From assembly GCA_045568075.1 (NCBI GenBank), contig JBJLBP010000001.1:720001-752000 (forward strand): DNA of 32,000 bases. Reading direction: 5' to 3'. The notes under the pieces are model-generated. The model ran no database searches, was not told where the DNA came from, and saw nothing but the letters and a program-made list of their open reading frames with translations. The DNA comes from Candidatus Thalassarchaeaceae archaeon (lineage in GTDB: Archaea; Thermoplasmatota; Poseidoniia; Poseidoniales; Thalassarchaeaceae). Below are positions 1 through 7,477 of the stretch, in pieces; position 1 is the first letter of the stretch; the number at the start of each line of letters is the position of its first letter. A program made the position numbers and the translations under genes.

Positions 1-636
1 TGTGAGCCTGACAAGTCTCACGAGTTGATGGTGCTGCTAGAGACGCTGCGCGGGATGCCTGTACAATTCCTCAATCTCAACGAGTTGGAGATTACCGTTG
101 GAAACCACGACAATATGGAAGTTCGCGGATTCAATTTGTCCGATGAGATTACTGCTGGCGCCGCTGGTTCTGCTGAATTAGCCGTGCGCATGCGTGACCG
201 TGTCACTGCGGCGCAAATTGGTGCTCCTGACCCTGAGGATGGCGTAATCCGCGAGCCTTATCCGTATCATCTGAAGTTCTGTACTGCGACCTACAAGGAT
301 AGTGGGCAATTGCGTCGCAGATTTTTGCGGCGTGGTGAGCATACGATTGCACCGCATGAGATTTTGACTGAGGACGGGACTCTTGTTTTCGGCGCAATCG
401 ATTGTGAGCCTGAAGACGCGCCGGATTGGATTGAAGAGATTAACCAAGAGACAGGATTGCCTCGTCGATTCATGCTTTATGATGAGGATAATCGGCGCAT
501 CGAATTACCACTTTCGATGGCTGAGGAACTGATTGAAGCCATCGATGCACCGATTGCTCTAGTCGAAGTTCATCCGACTCATGAGCGACTCGAAATGACC
601 GTTGTATATCTCGGAGAAGATAGCGAAGAGCAGTGA
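1..636 (+). CDS. Hypothetical protein, C-terminal part. The reading frame is open to the window edge.
   Basis: Frame 1 is open from nt 1 (CEPDKSHEL...) to the TGA at 634-636. The composition is acidic and protein-like. It is co-oriented with the nuclease gene 64 nt downstream. I recognise no family. An isolated 'VGNHD' string is not supported by other phosphoesterase motifs. Confidence 0.5.
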   Translation, partial: CEPDKSHELMVLLETLRGMPVQFLNLNELEITVGNHDNMEVRGFNLSDEITAGAAGSAELAVRMRDRVTAAQIGAPDPEDGVIREPYPYHLKFCTATYKDSGQLRRRFLRRGEHTIAPHEILTEDGTLVFGAIDCEPEDAPDWIEEINQETGLPRRFMLYDEDNRRIELPLSMAEELIEAIDAPIALVEVHPTHERLEMTVVYLGEDSEEQ

Positions 637-700
637 GCAAGCGAAACTGAAGACCTCCTCTCTCGACTCCTTCAAGTACTCTCATTGAATATCGCAGGGT

Positions 701-2542
701 ATGCCCGTGCAGACTTTCGACGCCGAGGGCAGTGAGGTCGACACTTTCCGTCGTCTTTCCGCCTCACAGTTGGGCGTTTGGCATTCATGCCCGAGGCAGT
801 GGTATTACAGTTACGAAGAGCGATTGAAGGGACCGATGCCACCACATATCATTCGCGGAAATGCGGCTGAGGAATGCGTTTGCAGAGTACTCAGGGACTC
901 GCCAGTGCTCATTGCTCCTGACTCCACCGACGTGCTTACCTCACCACTCAACTCCGACGGAGCTCCCGATTGGGAAGATACTGGAAATTGGATGGGTTCG
1001 AGACTACCGGCTAGGTCTGAAGATGATTGGCCGGGCTCGCGCGACGCGCTGATGGAATGGGCCACTGCGCGCGTTGAGGTCCATTTCGATCGATGCTGGG
1101 ATGCTGCCGTCGCGGACTGGCAAGCAACTCGGAACCGCGCTGGTTCGCTCGACGATATCGATGTGGAAGAATGTCGAGCGATGGTCATCGAGGGCATTAG
1201 GATGCACCTCGATGAGGTTGAACGATGTATCGAGGCGAATGGTGGACCGAGCCTTGCCGCTTGGCGGGCGGGCGAGGCTCGTGAAGCGATTCCTGCTCCA
1301 GATGGCTTCCCTCTGACCTGGACAACCCCTCATCCAGCCGCTCGCACGGAAGGTGACGTGACTTGGTTAGAGGCTTGGGAAATCGCCCGACCGTGGTTTG
1401 TTGATCCAGATGCTAAGTCATTCACTCAGACGAGTTGTATCCCAGAAGGATGGTTCCAAGGCGAATACGATTTGGTCTATCGATGGGATGGCTCAATCAA
1501 TATCATCGACATCAAAGCCAGCGTTGGCAAGGGTGATAGATCATACAGTTATATCGCACAACTGCGCCTCTATGCCTGGCTCTGGTGGGAATCTCACGGG
1601 CGCTCTGAACAAGCGACCTCTCTGGCTATTTGGTACCTTGGGACTGGCACAGTCAAGCCGATTGTATTGCCGACCGTCGCCGAGATGGAAGCCTACGAGA
1701 GCGAGCTCGGCGACCTCTATCGATTGCTGCGGGCGGGCAATCCAACAATCGACCAATGCCCGCCTGACCCATCTCCCTACCGTCACTTCGATGCGGGAGG
1801 AATTCCAGCAGATCCACCCATCGATCCCGACCCACAAGCCCGATGCAAGCGCTGTGATTTTCGTGGCTTCTGTCCGAAGGGTGGCCACGACCTCGAACTC
1901 ACCGCAGAGCGTCGTATCGAGCGTCTAGGTCATGCTTGGCCAATTACCCCATTCGCAGAGATTGAACCCCGTGTCAATGCCATCGGTGAAGTCATTGGTC
2001 TCACCGGACCCGAACTCCTCGAAGATGGTTCCATCAAGATACACTTCAGAATACAGGACGGTTACGATCGGGCCAAGGTCAAACCAGCATACAACGGCGG
2101 TCCAACAAAGATTACCCGCGCCATTGCAGAGGGCGCTCGAGTAAAGGTCGCCAAAGCACTCGCAGGTATCTGGCGTGGCGAATTAGAACTGAGTTTAGAC
2201 TCTGAATCAGAGGTGACGATAGCGAGCGAAGATGAATCTGCTTCGATTGTTGAAATCGAGACACGAGTGAACATAATCGGCAGGATTTGGTCTATCGATT
2301 CCTTCCCTGACGGAGCCGGCAACACGCGCTGGGCCGCGACGCTGGTCGACGCCACTGGCTCTGCACAAATCGTCGCCTTCAAGCAATTCATTCCGCTCAG
2401 CGCCGCGGCTGTCAACCGTGGAGATACAATCGCAGTCCTCAACGGCGAGAAGGGAGAGTGGGGAGGTCGTCCTCAGGTAAAGTGCGGCCCGGGAACCAAG
2501 GTCGTCATCATTGCAGATGCAGAGGACGTACCCGAATTCTAA
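701..2542 (+). CDS. Cas4/RecB/EXO5-like PD-(D/E)XK nuclease with a 4-Cys Fe-S cluster signature, fused to two C-terminal OB-fold-like domains
   Basis: 613-aa ORF. N-terminal Cys in 'LSASQLGVWHSC30PRQWYY'. Motif II is 'GEYD257LVY', motif III is 'IID270-I-K272AS', and the QxxxY motif is 'IAQ287LRLY291'. The C-terminal 'C382KRC385DFRGFC391' (CX2CX5C) matches the Cas4/AddB Fe-S arrangement. Residues ~420-500 and ~518-605 ('TRVNIIGRIWSI...WAATLVDATGSAQIVAFK...GDTIAVLNGEKGEWGGRPQVK') look like tRNA_anti/RPA-type OB folds. Confidence 0.7.
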   Translation: MPVQTFDAEGSEVDTFRRLSASQLGVWHSCPRQWYYSYEERLKGPMPPHIIRGNAAEECVCRVLRDSPVLIAPDSTDVLTSPLNSDGAPDWEDTGNWMGSRLPARSEDDWPGSRDALMEWATARVEVHFDRCWDAAVADWQATRNRAGSLDDIDVEECRAMVIEGIRMHLDEVERCIEANGGPSLAAWRAGEAREAIPAPDGFPLTWTTPHPAARTEGDVTWLEAWEIARPWFVDPDAKSFTQTSCIPEGWFQGEYDLVYRWDGSINIIDIKASVGKGDRSYSYIAQLRLYAWLWWESHGRSEQATSLAIWYLGTGTVKPIVLPTVAEMEAYESELGDLYRLLRAGNPTIDQCPPDPSPYRHFDAGGIPADPPIDPDPQARCKRCDFRGFCPKGGHDLELTAERRIERLGHAWPITPFAEIEPRVNAIGEVIGLTGPELLEDGSIKIHFRIQDGYDRAKVKPAYNGGPTKITRAIAEGARVKVAKALAGIWRGELELSLDSESEVTIASEDESASIVEIETRVNIIGRIWSIDSFPDGAGNTRWAATLVDATGSAQIVAFKQFIPLSAAAVNRGDTIAVLNGEKGEWGGRPQVKCGPGTKVVIIADAEDVPEF

Positions 2543-2578
2543 TTCTCTCTAGCATTCATTCTTGAGCAGAGATAATGA

Positions 2579-2664
2579 TGGCGCCGAGAGAGGGATTTGA
2601 ACCCCCGAGTCCAAGGGACAGTGGATTTCGAATCCACCGCAATACCGGGCTATGCGATCTCGGC
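2579..2664 (-). tRNA. tRNA-Ser (anticodon CGA), genomically encoded CCA
   Basis: The reverse complement folds by hand as a cloverleaf. Acceptor GCCGAGA/TCTCGGC, anticodon stem GTGGA/TCCAC with loop TTCGAAA, long variable arm GTCC-CTT-GGAC, T-arm GGGGG-TTCAAAT-CCCTC, discriminator G, then CCA. Confidence 0.9.
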
Positions 2665-2689
2665 AGTAAGCCGGCCACCTGCGATTCGG

Positions 2690-2697
2690 TCATAAGT
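2690..2697. promoter_or_regulatory. AT-rich TATA-like element (TCATAAGT / ACTTATGA), possibly shared by the divergent tRNA-Ser and Ubl genes
   Basis: This is the only AT-rich patch in the 55-nt divergent spacer. Its centre is ~29 nt from the tRNA 5' end (2664) and ~27 nt from the GTG at 2720. The match to the archaeal TATA consensus is weak. Confidence 0.2.
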
Positions 2698-2719
2698 CTG
2701 ACTCGCCCGCACAGAGCCT

Positions 2720-2923
2720 GTGCGAATTGAGGTAGTTCATGCGGAGGGCGAGTCGAGCATCGTCGAGAGTGACGATCCGATTACCATCTCTGAGGTTCTG
2801 GCTCGTCTTGACATCGCATCCTCGACGGTTCTCGCCGTACTCGGCGAAACTATCGTCCCTCATACCTCGACAATCAACGATGATATCGAGATTGAATTGA
2901 TTGTCGTCTCAAGCGGCGGTTAA
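2720..2923 (+). CDS. ThiS/MoaD-family beta-grasp ubiquitin-like protein with a C-terminal di-glycine (SAMP-like)
   Basis: 67 aa with a GTG start, the first start codon after the in-frame stop at 2699-2701. The ThiS-like pattern is '...ITISEVLARLDI...VLAVLGETIVPH...INDDIEIELIVVSSGG*', ending exactly in GG. Confidence 0.7.
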   Translation: MRIEVVHAEGESSIVESDDPITISEVLARLDIASSTVLAVLGETIVPHTSTINDDIEIELIVVSSGG

Positions 2924-3643
2924 TTCCTCGTTGAGAATTACCCCAGCTTCATGGGTGATAATTTCCTTTCCTTTTCGCATTACTGCAGCTTTGTTTCCAA
3001 GCAGTTCGAAGGCACCATCACGACATCTTAGGAAGGAGCCTTCGTAGAGGCCAATGACCGGTGAGTCGTGGCTCTTATGGTACTCACTAACCCGCTTTGC
3101 TCGGCTCTCACCGTAGTGCTTGTGGTACTCACCATCCTCCTTTTCGCGGAACCAAATTCCACCAGGGTGGTAATGTGGATTAATCTGGAAAGGAACAATT
3201 CCGAATGTCTCGAATGACGGCACCATTGTGATTGCCATATCGTTGGTAGTTTGCATGCTCGGGCAGGCAACATTCGCTCCCGCACTAACCCCTGCATACG
3301 GAACTCCTCGCTCTAGAACTGCCTCACGAATTGGCTCGATTAGACCTCGCTCGTGCAACTCGCGTACGAGTAACCAGGTGTTTCCACCGCCGACGTAGAT
3401 ACCGTCGGCGGCTTCGATTCCCGCCAGGGGGTCGTCGAACTCGTGTAAACCAACGAGTTCGTATCCTGAATCTCCAGCAAATTCTCGCATTCTCGCTGTG
3501 TAACCTTCGTGGTCATGGCCTGCGTATGGTACGAAAACGACTCGCTGACAGCCAGCAAAATTCTCAGCCATCAATTCGCGATACATCACGCGTCGCTCAT
3601 CGGTACCTATTCCGCCACTACCAAGCAATGCACGCATGACCAC
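2909..3643 (-). CDS. pepE: Dipeptidase E (peptidase S51, PepE-like)
   Basis: Collinear with E. coli PepE as I remember it: 'VFVPYAG', 'VGGGNTWLL', 'GVSAGANVACPSMQTTNDM' (nucleophile Ser), 'FQINPHY' (His), 'YGESRAKR' (Glu). The start may be M1 (3643) or M3 (3637). Confidence 0.85.
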   Translation of the reverse strand: MVMRALLGSGGIGTDERRVMYRELMAENFAGCQRVVFVPYAGHDHEGYTARMREFAGDSGYELVGLHEFDDPLAGIEAADGIYVGGGNTWLLVRELHERGLIEPIREAVLERGVPYAGVSAGANVACPSMQTTNDMAITMVPSFETFGIVPFQINPHYHPGGIWFREKEDGEYHKHYGESRAKRVSEYHKSHDSPVIGLYEGSFLRCRDGAFELLGNKAAVMRKGKEIITHEAGVILNEELTAA

Positions 3644-3673
3644 ACCCCTCCTCAGGACCCCTGCGTGCGCACC

Positions 3674-4432
3674 TCAGACATAGAAGTCATCGGCTTCGCC
3701 GGGCATGCCGAGATGTTCCTCGATAGAACCGCTGACCTCGATACTCGCCAGTAATTTACGAGCAGTCTCTTCTGTTGTGTCCAAGTCAATCTCGAGTGGT
3801 AGGCCAAGCGCTTGCTCCATCCACTTTGCCAAGCGGTCAGCAGCTCTCACATCTGCCGACGCACCGACGGTCTCAGCGACCAGCGCCACCGTCGGCACAT
3901 CATGAATCGGTGATAGAGCCACAAGCAATCCCGCCACACCGATCATCCCCGCCTCAGGTTGATCGCGACTGACGGGGATATCGTTTGCTTCGAGATTTCC
4001 ACGAACCTCAGCATCGGCGCAGATGACGTGGACAGCCTTGTCCTCGACATCAGCTGCCAAACCAGCCAAGACGAGTAATTGCGGGGTCGAGGCCGCCGCC
4101 GCGAGCCCAAGAATCGCATCGGCGACCTCGTGCTGACCTCCGGCGGTCATCGGCTGTAAATCGCCGCCGACAGTCACCACATTCCTTCCATCAGGAAGCA
4201 TTACGCGATGTACAAGCATCGATGGAGGAACCAGTAAGCCATCTCCATCGAGAGTCGAGTGTGGAGGCATATCAGGGTGAATCAGGCGAGCGACAAGAGT
4301 CGAAGGGTGTTTGCGAACTAGAGCATCGACCACGAGTTTGCCAACATTACCTACACCTGGAACTGCTTCAAGCAGAGCCACGTGTTCGGGCAAAGAGTCT
4401 CCAATTATCCAATGTACGCGTGTGCGGTTCAC
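3674..4432 (-). CDS. PAC2-family (proteasome assembly chaperone-like, COG1938) protein
   Basis: 'AVPGVGNVGKLVVDALV' is a glycine-rich motif typical of the archaeal PAC2 family. It sits in the conserved position downstream of nop10. I prefer the GTG start at 4432, which forms a GTGA start/stop overlap with nop10. The ORF track's ATG at 4474 would overlap nop10 by 46 nt. Confidence 0.7.
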   Translation of the reverse strand: MNRTRVHWIIGDSLPEHVALLEAVPGVGNVGKLVVDALVRKHPSTLVARLIHPDMPPHSTLDGDGLLVPPSMLVHRVMLPDGRNVVTVGGDLQPMTAGGQHEVADAILGLAAAASTPQLLVLAGLAADVEDKAVHVICADAEVRGNLEANDIPVSRDQPEAGMIGVAGLLVALSPIHDVPTVALVAETVGASADVRAADRLAKWMEQALGLPLEIDLDTTEETARKLLASIEVSGSIEEHLGMPGEADDFYV

Positions 4433-4641
4433 TCGTCCTCCTCCTTTCGAGGAGTTGGTAGCTCTTCGATCCACTCATCGCTTCCAGCATTTTCTCGCTG
4501 TCTGCGCCTTGCTCCTTGTGCGTCTTGCGGCGAGAACTTCAGCGGTGCGACAGAAGTCATTTTTCCACCGCAATCCTTGCATTCCTCGCCGAGACCATAC
4601 TCGCCGCAGTCGGTGCACCGTTGCAATCTCGTCCGAGCCAT
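4429..4641 (-). CDS. nop10: H/ACA RNP protein Nop10
   Basis: Zinc ribbon 'RCTDCGEY...CKDCGG' followed by 'PLKFSPQD'. Located between aIF2alpha and the PAC2 gene as in other archaea. The acidic C-terminal tail is unusually long. Confidence 0.85.
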   Translation of the reverse strand: MARTRLQRCTDCGEYGLGEECKDCGGKMTSVAPLKFSPQDAQGARRRQRENAGSDEWIEELPTPRKEEDE

Positions 4642-4707
4642 CCCGTTCCCTCAGAAGTCCAAGCCCCTTTCAGAGGTCTTTGAAGTTGTAGCATGCGAAG
4701 GGCGGCT

Positions 4708-5496
4708 TCACATGCGTTCGATATCGATTGAACCTTCGACCGAAGCGATGGATTTTGTCGCGGCACTCTGAGCATTTACCCAGAGTCTCTCAGCGGTCTC
4801 GTAATCGGGCGCCTTGATGTCGATTCGATACTCCGGCGCTCCGTCGTAATGGCAAGTCAAAGTTGCCTCCTCTTCACCCACGGCAACAGCCTCGGCTGCC
4901 AAGAGAGCATCGCGGATTGCATAGACTCCTTCTGCTCCCCAAATTTCAATGTTGAACTGACCGCGGATTTCAACGAATGGCGGGACAATGTTCTCGATGG
5001 CGAGTTCGATGATGGTACTCATCCACTCACCGCTGAAGCCATTCTCTGAGAGGGCGGTTTCGGAGATGGCACACTCCTCAAGCGCGCCGTAGAGAGTGCC
5101 GAAGATTTCCGTCATCTCCTCTGAAATTTCAGAGGTCTTGTCGGCATCCCAGCCGACGCGCTCAGCAGCCACGCCCATGATTTGATGAGCGCGTAGATTA
5201 TTCTTCCATGATTGCAAAGTGTCACGGCGTCGTTCCTCTGAAACACTCTTGATCGATAGGTCGACGCGTTCGCGGTCCTTCTTGATTCCAATTACCTTGG
5301 CGACGACGCGCTGACCAACTCGCAGATGGTTTCGGATATTCTTGACCCACCCTGAGGCTACTTCTCCGATGAAAACGAAGCCCTCGCGAGATCCGTAGCC
5401 ATCGAGGTTGAGGTAAGCGCCGTTCTCGCGAACGTTCTTGACAGTGCAAACGAGAAGTTCGCCTTCATCCGGCCAAGGTTCGTCCGCGCTAGCCAT
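4708..5496 (-). CDS. eif2a: Translation initiation factor aIF2 alpha subunit
   Basis: 262 aa. N-terminal S1/OB domain 'PDEGELLVCTVKNVRENGAYLNLDGY...EGFVFIGEVASGWVKNIRNHLRVGQRVVAKVIGIKKDR..VDLSIK', then the helical and alpha-beta domains. Confidence 0.9.
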   Translation of the reverse strand: MASADEPWPDEGELLVCTVKNVRENGAYLNLDGYGSREGFVFIGEVASGWVKNIRNHLRVGQRVVAKVIGIKKDRERVDLSIKSVSEERRRDTLQSWKNNLRAHQIMGVAAERVGWDADKTSEISEEMTEIFGTLYGALEECAISETALSENGFSGEWMSTIIELAIENIVPPFVEIRGQFNIEIWGAEGVYAIRDALLAAEAVAVGEEEATLTCHYDGAPEYRIDIKAPDYETAERLWVNAQSAATKSIASVEGSIDIERM

Positions 5497-5511
5497 TTTC
5501 TTCCGTCCCCT

Positions 5512-5685
5512 TCACTCGAGGACGTCGACAATGGTGCTTCCAACAAGCTGGGCCTTTCCACCTGCTGGGCGAGCCAAAGTGGCTCCGCAGATCGAGCAGG
5601 AGATCGAGGTTGACGCCCTTTCGAAAATGATTGCTTCGTGACCGCAGTCGCGGCAGTTTACTCGTAGGAAATTCGCCTCACCCAT
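5512..5685 (-). CDS. rps27e: 30S ribosomal protein S27e (57 aa, absent from the supplied ORF track because it is under 60 aa)
   Basis: My manual translation is MGEANFLRVNCRDCGHEAIIFERASTSISCSICGATLARPAGGKAQLVGSTIVDVLE*. It has a C4 zinc ribbon (CxxC...CxxC) and lies in the conserved L44e-S27e-aIF2alpha order. Confidence 0.85.
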   Translation of the reverse strand: MGEANFLRVNCRDCGHEAIIFERASTSISCSICGATLARPAGGKAQLVGSTIVDVLE

Positions 5686-5698
5686 GAAAATCCCTCAA

Positions 5699-5980
5699 TC
5701 ACTTCTCAATTAGTTCGAACTTCTTTGCGCGTTGCGCGGCCGGCTGGTGAGCCTTTCCGGTCTCAGAGCAGCGGTAGAGGAGGTTGACGCGCTTCGTTGG
5801 CTTCTCGCCAGAAGGCTTCGGACGTGGGAATCCACGGTAACCGGAAGTCGCCTTACGGAATCGTCGCTGACCCCACTTTAGTTCAGAAGCGCGGCGCTTC
5901 TTGACACGCTCGACAGCGTGGACGGTGTGCTTACCCGCCGATGGGCTATAGCGCATCACTTTGCGTGGCATTTTGACCAT
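5699..5980 (-). CDS. rpl44e: 50S ribosomal protein L44e
   Basis: 'MVKMPRKVMRYSPSAGKHTVHAVERVKKRRASELKWGQRRF...' fits L44e. I prefer the start at the internal Met (5980) over the ORF-track start at 5995. Confidence 0.9.
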   Translation of the reverse strand: MVKMPRKVMRYSPSAGKHTVHAVERVKKRRASELKWGQRRFRKATSGYRGFPRPKPSGEKPTKRVNLLYRCSETGKAHQPAAQRAKKFELIEK

Positions 5981-6052
5981 GACTGAGCACCTCAACGTCT
6001 TGCGACGACGCGCCCACCTATGACCCGTATATGATTGTGCCGAACCGACTCG

Positions 6053-6069
6053 AGCCCCCTCTAGGGGCT
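6053..6069. promoter_or_regulatory. Perfect 6-bp inverted repeat AGCCCC-N5-GGGGCT in a divergent intergenic region
   Basis: Seen directly at 6053-6069, between the rpl44e start (5980, minus) and the membrane-protein ORF (6136, plus). An AT-rich 'GTATATGATT' lies at ~6026-6035. Function unknown. Confidence 0.2.
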
Positions 6070-6135
6070 ATGTGACTCGATTCAGGGTGCTGGGAGCGTC
6101 GTCAAATCAAAGAGTCTCCTCCGCTGCCACGACTC

Positions 6136-6735
6136 ATGGTCTTCTGGGTGAATCAGGCTATTGTGGGCTTCACTCTACTAATTGGGGCCTTTTCGATGTG
6201 GAGGATGGGGCCCGCATTCAAGCGCAGTCAATTTGCCCGACCGATTGCTGCGCTCGGGCTAATCATGTTGTTATTGCTGCCCGAGCAACCTCTGTACTTT
6301 GAGCCTGATTTCCATCGTTGTGTGCATCTCAGTTTCTGTAATGACGACGGTCGTGAAAGCTTCCTGCACATATTGCAGTGGACTCTATTCTCGATAGCAG
6401 GAGCCTTCCTAGGTTGTTACACAATTATCCAAGCCTCGGGAGTTTACAGCGGTCGCAAGCCTCCTCTCCTTCTCCTCGGTTGGATTATCCTCGGAGGGAC
6501 CTGGTGGTCGATTTTCCAGTCCCCCTGGTTTATCGAAGCCTACACGCGATTTGATGTGCTAACTATGATGTTCGCGACCTTGGTAGGCATCGGATTGACT
6601 GTCTACTTGTTCTTCCATGTGATTCGTTTCACCGAGCGGCGCACTCCAAAGGATCCGCCAATAACCGCTCTCGATGAGCGTGAGCGGCGACTCGTCACCG
6701 AGATGATTCGCCGTAATCTTGGAGGTGACGAGTGA
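6136..6735 (+). CDS. Hypothetical polytopic membrane protein (about 5 TM segments)
   Basis: 199-aa ORF with several long hydrophobic stretches (e.g. 'AIVGFTLLIGAFSMW', 'IAALGLIMLLLL', 'LLLLGWIILGGTWW', 'LVGIGLTVYLFFHVI'). Its stop overlaps the next ORF's start (GTGATG). I recognise no family. Confidence 0.55.
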   Translation: MVFWVNQAIVGFTLLIGAFSMWRMGPAFKRSQFARPIAALGLIMLLLLPEQPLYFEPDFHRCVHLSFCNDDGRESFLHILQWTLFSIAGAFLGCYTIIQASGVYSGRKPPLLLLGWIILGGTWWSIFQSPWFIEAYTRFDVLTMMFATLVGIGLTVYLFFHVIRFTERRTPKDPPITALDERERRLVTEMIRRNLGGDE

Positions 6736-7106
6736 TGTTCCAGTCAGTAGATTTGCTATCTTCTCCTGAAGCAATCTTCGTCATGATACTGTTAGGAATG
6801 ATGTTCATTTGCTATTGCTTCGCTGTGCACCTCATCGTCACTTGGAATCCTCATCATCGACCAATCATCCCTCTTACTGCCTCTCTGATACTATCTATTG
6901 GTCCGATGGTCGCCTTCTCATACATGGGAGATGGTGAATCTTCCTTAGGGGCGATTTTTGAGTGGGTCTTCTTCGTGATTTTCGTTGAGGCCGGAGTGCT
7001 CGTTCTATGGCTACCTCCTGCCCTTGCTTTGGTCACTTTTCAGATGTTCAGAGTCACATTCTGGAAGCCTTCCGAGGATCCTTTGATGGACATGATCGAG
7101 AATTGA
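6732..7106 (+). CDS. Hypothetical membrane protein (about 4 TM segments)
   Basis: 124-aa ORF with hydrophobic segments 'IFVMILLGMMFICYCFAVHLIV', 'LTASLILSIGPMVAF', 'IFEWVFFVIFVEAGVLVLWL'. A 4-nt ATGA overlap with the upstream ORF suggests translational coupling. Confidence 0.55.
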   Translation: MMFQSVDLLSSPEAIFVMILLGMMFICYCFAVHLIVTWNPHHRPIIPLTASLILSIGPMVAFSYMGDGESSLGAIFEWVFFVIFVEAGVLVLWLPPALALVTFQMFRVTFWKPSEDPLMDMIEN

Positions 7107-7212
7107 TTTCGCGCTCTCAGTCCCTCATTCCCTTCGCATGCTCGCGGCATCAGCATGAGTAACGCTCATAACACGCCGGTCGGTCGCCGCGCTGTCCTAA
7201 GAGGTGGTTATC

Positions 7213-7401
7213 ATGTCCAAGGGTACTCCAAGCATGGGCAAGAAGCAGAAGTCCACGCACATTCGTTGCCGACGCTGCGGTCGACATTCCTACCACAAGC
7301 AGAAGCGTGCTTGCTCTTCCTGTGGCTACGGCGAGACCGCTCGCCTGCGCAAGTTCCGCTGGAGCAAGCGCAACCGTTCTCTCTCCTACCCGAAGAAGTG
7401 A
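7213..7401 (+). CDS. rpl37e: 50S ribosomal protein L37e
   Basis: '[40 protein letters not shown]' is the C4 zinc-ribbon L37e signature. A Shine-Dalgarno-like GAGGTGG at 7201-7207, 5 nt upstream, supports the ATG at 7213 over the GTG at 7204. Confidence 0.9.
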   Translation: MSKGTPSMGKKQKSTHIRCRRCGRHSYHKQKRACSSCGYGETARLRKFRWSKRNRSLSYPKK

Positions 7402-7477
7402 GTACTGCGCCTGAATCGGCGTCAGACCATGCTGGAAATGGCTAAGTCCCGAATCGGTCAGGGAGAAACGATTCCCG

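Noticed and set aside
85-99. 'VGNHD' string in the partial ORF 1-636, suggesting an Mre11/SbcD-type metallophosphoesterase upstream of the nuclease
   Set aside because: None of the downstream phosphoesterase motifs is present in the remaining ~170 aa (no histidine motif IV, no GHxH). The flanking sequence also does not resemble Mre11/SbcD. A single 4-residue match is not evidence.
2543-2664. tRNA-Ser as the attachment site of an integrated element covering the left-edge genes
   Set aside because: The window contains no integrase and no repeat of the tRNA 3' segment. GC does not shift visibly between 1-2542 and the right-hand genes. I keep it only as something to test by extending the contig.
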